A stretch of DNA of 63,416 nt, counting the filler, from an uncultured Gemmatimonadota bacterium (GTDB lineage: Bacteria; Blakebacterota; Blakebacteria; Blakebacterales; Blakebacteraceae), in assembly GCA_964576115.1 (NCBI GenBank). It is 6 parts of 6 records of this genome, joined end to end, with 100 filler letters (N's around TTAATTAATTAA, not from the genome) between each part and the next. Parts side by side here need not be neighbours in the genome. Positions count along the whole stretch, not along the records: positions 55,839 to 63,416 come from CAZNUA010000095.1; 5 more parts are not named here. One strand, given 5' to 3'. The notes under the pieces are model-generated. The model did not search any database and was not told the DNA's origin. It was given only the letters and a program-made list of their open reading frames with translations. Of the stretch, positions 59,430 to 63,416 are shown one piece after another (within the stretch, counting starts at the first letter, position 1; each line of letters begins with the position of its first letter). Both the position numbers and the translations under genes were made by a program.

Positions 59430-59537
59430 ACCGATCCAGCGGCAGGTCGCGCACGGTCACCAACTATCCGTCAACTAATTCGCTGATCGGGGAGTTGAAT
59501 CTGCTGACCGGAAAGCCTGTCGAGCAAATACACCAAC

Positions 59538-60800
59538 GTGAGAGTTGTGCTCATGATGAGTCGCCAACCGCGCCACGCCGCCGGAGGCTCCCGGCGTATC
59601 TCTGTCACCGGATTGTCCCTGCGGGTGGTCTGCCTGACCATCCCCCTCCTCATCACTTCCTGCGGTTCAGGACACGGCCCGGCCGATATGTCCCGTGAGA
59701 CACTCGACTCCGGGATCGTGCGTACGACCTGGCACCGGTTGCCGCAGACACAGCTCACCCTCGACACCCTGGCCGTCTGGGATGTCTGGGAGGAGAGCGC
59801 GGAGTACATCTTCGGCGATATCACGGCCGCCTGCGGCGGTACCGGTGACTTCTACCTGCTCGACGCCAGCAACCGCCAGGTCGTCGTGGTGGATCCCCGG
59901 GGCCGTGTGAAGCGCACCTTCGGGCGCGAGGGAAGCGGACCGGGGGAATTCCAGTACCCCATGACGATCTCCCTGCGGACTGATGAGATCTGGGTCGGTG
60001 ACCTGGCAGCTGGCCGCTACTCGGTCTTCGATATCGAGGGGAACTTCCTCAGGTCGGTCATCTGGCCCTCCCGGGGTGGGCGGACGGCTTCGCGGTCGAT
60101 CGTCATCACCCCCGATGATCGCGAACTGCGCCGCTCTCCCTCGATGATCGAAGGGTGGATGGCCCTGATCCGTTCCACCCTCGACGGCAGTGAGGTCGAC
60201 ACCATCGCGACCATGCGCACCGCCCCGGCCTCGGGCGCAACGATCAACCTGCCGACCCTGGGTGCCACGACCATGTACGATCCACCGGCGTATTCACCCG
60301 AACTGCGCTGGGCGCATACTCCGGGCGAACGGATTCTGACCGTGACCTCGGGGAACTATCTGATCGAGGAACGGGACCCGGACGGTACCGTCCGGGGGGA
60401 GCTGGCGGCCCCGACACCCGATCTGACCGTCACAACCGCTGACCGGGAGGCCTACCTGGTCCGCCTGGCCCGGATGTTCGATATCCCGGTCGATGACTTC
60501 CGGAAGGATAACCCCCGCTTCGTGACCCAGTACGCCTTTGCCGAGCGGCGCGCTGCGATCGAAGATATCACCGTCGATCCGCAGGGCCGCATCTGGGTGC
60601 TGGCCAACATTCCGGAGAACACGGGCCAGCGCCTCGATCTGTTCGACGCCGACTTCACCTTCCTCGGCAGCCTGCCCGACCTGCCCCTGCCTGAAGCCTT
60701 CCTGCCCGGCGGCGAGGCGCTCTTTCGGATCGCCGCCCCCGAGACCGGCGAGGATCTCTTTATTGTCGCCCGTATCGCCGACTCTGTCGAAGGGATGTGA
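59538..60800 (+). CDS. 6-bladed beta-propeller lipoprotein (start uncertain)
   Basis: Lipobox ITSC, FGREGSGPGEF..P, VDPQGRIWV, DLFD....FLG. Confidence 0.82.
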   Translation: MRVVLMMSRQPRHAAGGSRRISVTGLSLRVVCLTIPLLITSCGSGHGPADMSRETLDSGIVRTTWHRLPQTQLTLDTLAVWDVWEESAEYIFGDITAACGGTGDFYLLDASNRQVVVVDPRGRVKRTFGREGSGPGEFQYPMTISLRTDEIWVGDLAAGRYSVFDIEGNFLRSVIWPSRGGRTASRSIVITPDDRELRRSPSMIEGWMALIRSTLDGSEVDTIATMRTAPASGATINLPTLGATTMYDPPAYSPELRWAHTPGERILTVTSGNYLIEERDPDGTVRGELAAPTPDLTVTTADREAYLVRLARMFDIPVDDFRKDNPRFVTQYAFAERRAAIEDITVDPQGRIWVLANIPENTGQRLDLFDADFTFLGSLPDLPLPEAFLPGGEALFRIAAPETGEDLFIVARIADSVEGM

Positions 60801-60851
60801 TCGGGGTGAACAACAGACAGGCAATACCCCGGCCGGCCGTACGGACAGCGG

Positions 60852-62039
60852 TCAGTGCCCGGTTGCCGGCTCGAAGGCAAATCGGTAGACGGCCGCATCC
60901 CCTTCGAGATTGATCAGATAGAGACCGTCCGGGCCCCAGTCGAGCAATGCCCGCGGGCAGGTGATGGCAAGCGGCTGGCGGGCCAGCCAGCGCCCGGTAC
61001 GATCGAAGAGATCTAGAGCCCACAGGTCGGGGATCTCGGCCTCGCCGATAAGCGGGGTACGCTCCCGGGCCCTGCTTTGCGGAACGAGCACGGCCAGATA
61101 CCCGCCCTCAGGGTGTACCGCGAGTCCTGAACTCAGGATATCGAAACCCCACCCCACAAACGGCTGAAGGCCCTCACCCCGACTCTGTTCCTCGTAAACG
61201 GGCGCGGTGGTTGCGAACGGCACCGGCCGGTGGATGACCCGGGCCAGAGTTCCGGCCCCTGTGAACACCTCGATCCGGTCAACGCCCTGATAGCTGACCG
61301 CGAGCGAGTCCCCCGGAAGAGACGCCAGGAAGAGCTTGTTGATGTAAACATCGGGAGCCTGCCCGGTCACCACCTGCCGGCGTCAGAACGAGCTGACGGT
61401 TTCGGCCGCCCGGTCGACGAGCCGCAGCTGCGGATTTGCCGGATCCATTTCAACTCCCAGTGCACGCGGCGTCGTGGTTCGATCTCGCCGGTAGGCGAAG
61501 AACCGGTCCTCACCCGCCGGTTCGAACTGCCCGATCCAATCGACGAAAGAGGTTGAATGCCGGAATGTTCCATTGGCTGAAAAAAAGGAGAGCCGCAGGT
61601 TCCCGATGTCGCTGACCACCAGGGAATCATCGGGCAGCAGGATCATGTCTACCGGCCGGTTGAATTCCCCCGGCCCCTCCCCCTGCCGTCCGATCGGGTC
61701 CAGCGACGAGCCATCGGCCGCGACACGCCAGATACAGCAGGCCCGCTGGTCGAGAATGTGACGGATCCCGTCGGAATTGACCGCCACCGTCAGCGGCCGG
61801 GTGAATATCGGTTGCCCGGCTGAATCATCGGCCCCCAGGACTTCGACCTGCTCGAAGGGCCGGGCTGCGAATCCCCAGTACGGGATCTCTGGACTGCGGA
61901 CGTGGGGAACCCCCTCTTCGATCGTCACAGCCAGTCGCCATTCACCGTCGCGGGCAGTACAGGAGGCCAGCGTCATGCCGATAACAAGGAGGAATCCGCC
62001 GGCGATCCCCGGACAGATGAAGCGGGTATCTCCAGTCAT
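60852..62039 (-). pseudogene. 6-bladed beta-propeller lipoprotein interrupted by one in-frame TGA at 61383-61385
   Basis: Lipobox LASC, IGRQGEGPGEF..P; the frame continues ...VSSF*RRQVVTGQAP... to DLFDRTGRWL. Confidence 0.75.
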
Positions 62040-62198
62040 GTTGTCCCTTCGCTGCGGTTGAGCTCTCAGGTGAACGAGGCAACTGCCGTTCCGGTTGCCG
62101 ACGAGGCAGGAGCGGAGTTCCTTCCTTAGCCGGGAGGGGGTATCATAGTGCCAACCGGTCACTGGTGACGACCGGATCATTATTCGGGGTACTCGACG

Positions 62199-63392
62199 AT
62201 GAGCGGTCATGTCAGACAGAGACGGCCCAGCCGGCCCACGGTGGTCTTCGTGGCCTCAGAGGCCTATCCCTTCTGCAAGACGGGGGGCCTGGCCGATGTC
62301 ACCGGAGCGCTGAGCCGCGAGCTGGTCGAGATCGGCTGCCGGGTTCTGCTGATCCTGCCCAAGTACAACCTGATCCCCGAGAAGATGATCCGCCCGACCT
62401 CGCGGATCTTTGAAGTTCCGGTCGGCCGCCACCGGGTCCATGCCCGCGTCTGGGAGAGCCGGGCCATCCGCGGAGTCGAAACCTACCTGCTCGACATCCC
62501 CGCCTTTTTCGACCGGGCTTCACTCTACGGCGAGAAGGGGCTCGACTATCCCGACAACTGCGCCCGATTCGCCGCCCTGAGCCGGGGCGCCCTCGAGCTG
62601 GTCAAGAAACTGCGGGTGCGACCGCACGTCATTCACGCCCACGACTGGCAGGCCGCCCTGGTGCCCCTCTATCTCAAGAGCCTCTACCGGCGCGATCCTT
62701 ACTTTCTCGGAACCCGCTCGGTGCTCACGATCCACAACCTCTCCTACCAGGGCCGCTTCCCGCTCGAGGATTTTCCGCTGACCGGCCTGCCGAAGACCTG
62801 CCTCTCACCCCGCTACCTCGAATACTTCGGGGAACTGCGCCTGCTCAAGGGCGGCATCGTCTCGGCCGACTGGATCACGACCGTGAGCCCGACCTATGAG
62901 AAGGAGATCCGGACTGAAATTTTCGGCTGCGGCCTCGACGGCGTGATCCGCAGCCGGGAGACAAACCTGACCGGCATCCTCAACGGCATCGATCACCGTG
63001 AATGGGATCCGGCCCGCGACGATCTGCTCCCGGCCCGTTATTCGGCCGATAACCTGCGCGGCAAGAACACCTGCAAGCGCGCTCTGCAGCGCGAGATGGG
63101 CCTTCTCATCGAAAACGAGCGGCCGTTGATCGGCGTCATGAGCCGGCTGGTGGAACAGAAGGGAATCGCCCAGGCGGTCGCCACCATCCCCTGGCTGGCC
63201 GAGGCCGGGGCCGCGGTCGCCGTGCTCGGTGAGGGGGATCCTTCATATGAATTCGAGATCGCCCGCCTGGCCACCCTGCGGCCCGACCGGATCGCCATCA
63301 AAATCGGGTTCAGCAACGAGCTGGCCCACCTGATGCAGGCCGGAATCGATTACCTGATCATGCCCTCGATCTTCGAAGGAGTAGGCAACTGA
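62199..63392 (+). CDS. glgA: Glycogen synthase, C-terminally truncated or disrupted
   Basis: SEAYPF.KTGGLADV, HAHDWQA, TIHNL.YQG, GILNGID..WDP, SRLVEQKG; ends MPSIFEGVGN* instead of MPS.FEPCGL. Confidence 0.9.
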   Translation: MSGHVRQRRPSRPTVVFVASEAYPFCKTGGLADVTGALSRELVEIGCRVLLILPKYNLIPEKMIRPTSRIFEVPVGRHRVHARVWESRAIRGVETYLLDIPAFFDRASLYGEKGLDYPDNCARFAALSRGALELVKKLRVRPHVIHAHDWQAALVPLYLKSLYRRDPYFLGTRSVLTIHNLSYQGRFPLEDFPLTGLPKTCLSPRYLEYFGELRLLKGGIVSADWITTVSPTYEKEIRTEIFGCGLDGVIRSRETNLTGILNGIDHREWDPARDDLLPARYSADNLRGKNTCKRALQREMGLLIENERPLIGVMSRLVEQKGIAQAVATIPWLAEAGAAVAVLGEGDPSYEFEIARLATLRPDRIAIKIGFSNELAHLMQAGIDYLIMPSIFEGVGN

Positions 63393-63416
63393 ATTTCGCT
63401 GTCATCGCCGTTTTTC

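Overview
The window is not one locus. It is six GC-rich bacterial contigs, probably from a metagenome-assembled genome, joined by artificial N-TTAATTAATTAA-N linkers at 12348-12447, 23688-23787, 34841-34940, 45493-45592 and 55739-55838. There are also two internal 100-N gaps (7124-7223, 25110-25209), so synteny holds only within a contig. Contig 1 is a housekeeping run on the minus strand: tRNA-Gln, prs, rplY, pth, hppA, rpsF, rpsR, DUF2232, rplI, nuclease, ltaE, cobB, TPR, rlpA, tRNA-Val, with a clear S6:S18 leader RNA. Contig 2 has glnS, an N-glycan catabolism trio (glycosylasparaginase, GH38, GH29) and a low-GC end carrying an integron attC-like site. Contig 3 starts with a sigma54 promoter abutted by two perfect DnaA boxes. 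It then holds an accessory or defence-like block (AAA+/DUF4143 ATPase-nuclease preceded by a five-copy array with an exact 23-bp period, pRiA4b ORF-3 protein, HicBA, XPB helicase pair), followed by gmd-fcl. Contigs 4-6 are dominated by PadR regulators with ADOP-type orphan ABC permeases; five of the six PadR units carry their own tandem or paired palindromic candidate operator. They also hold a nucleotidyltransferase pair, beta-propeller lipoproteins (one interrupted by an in-frame TGA) and a glgA truncated at its catalytic motif. The best candidate for an undescribed system is the AAA+/DUF4143 gene with its iteron-like array. All family calls come from motif recognition by eye; no searches were run.
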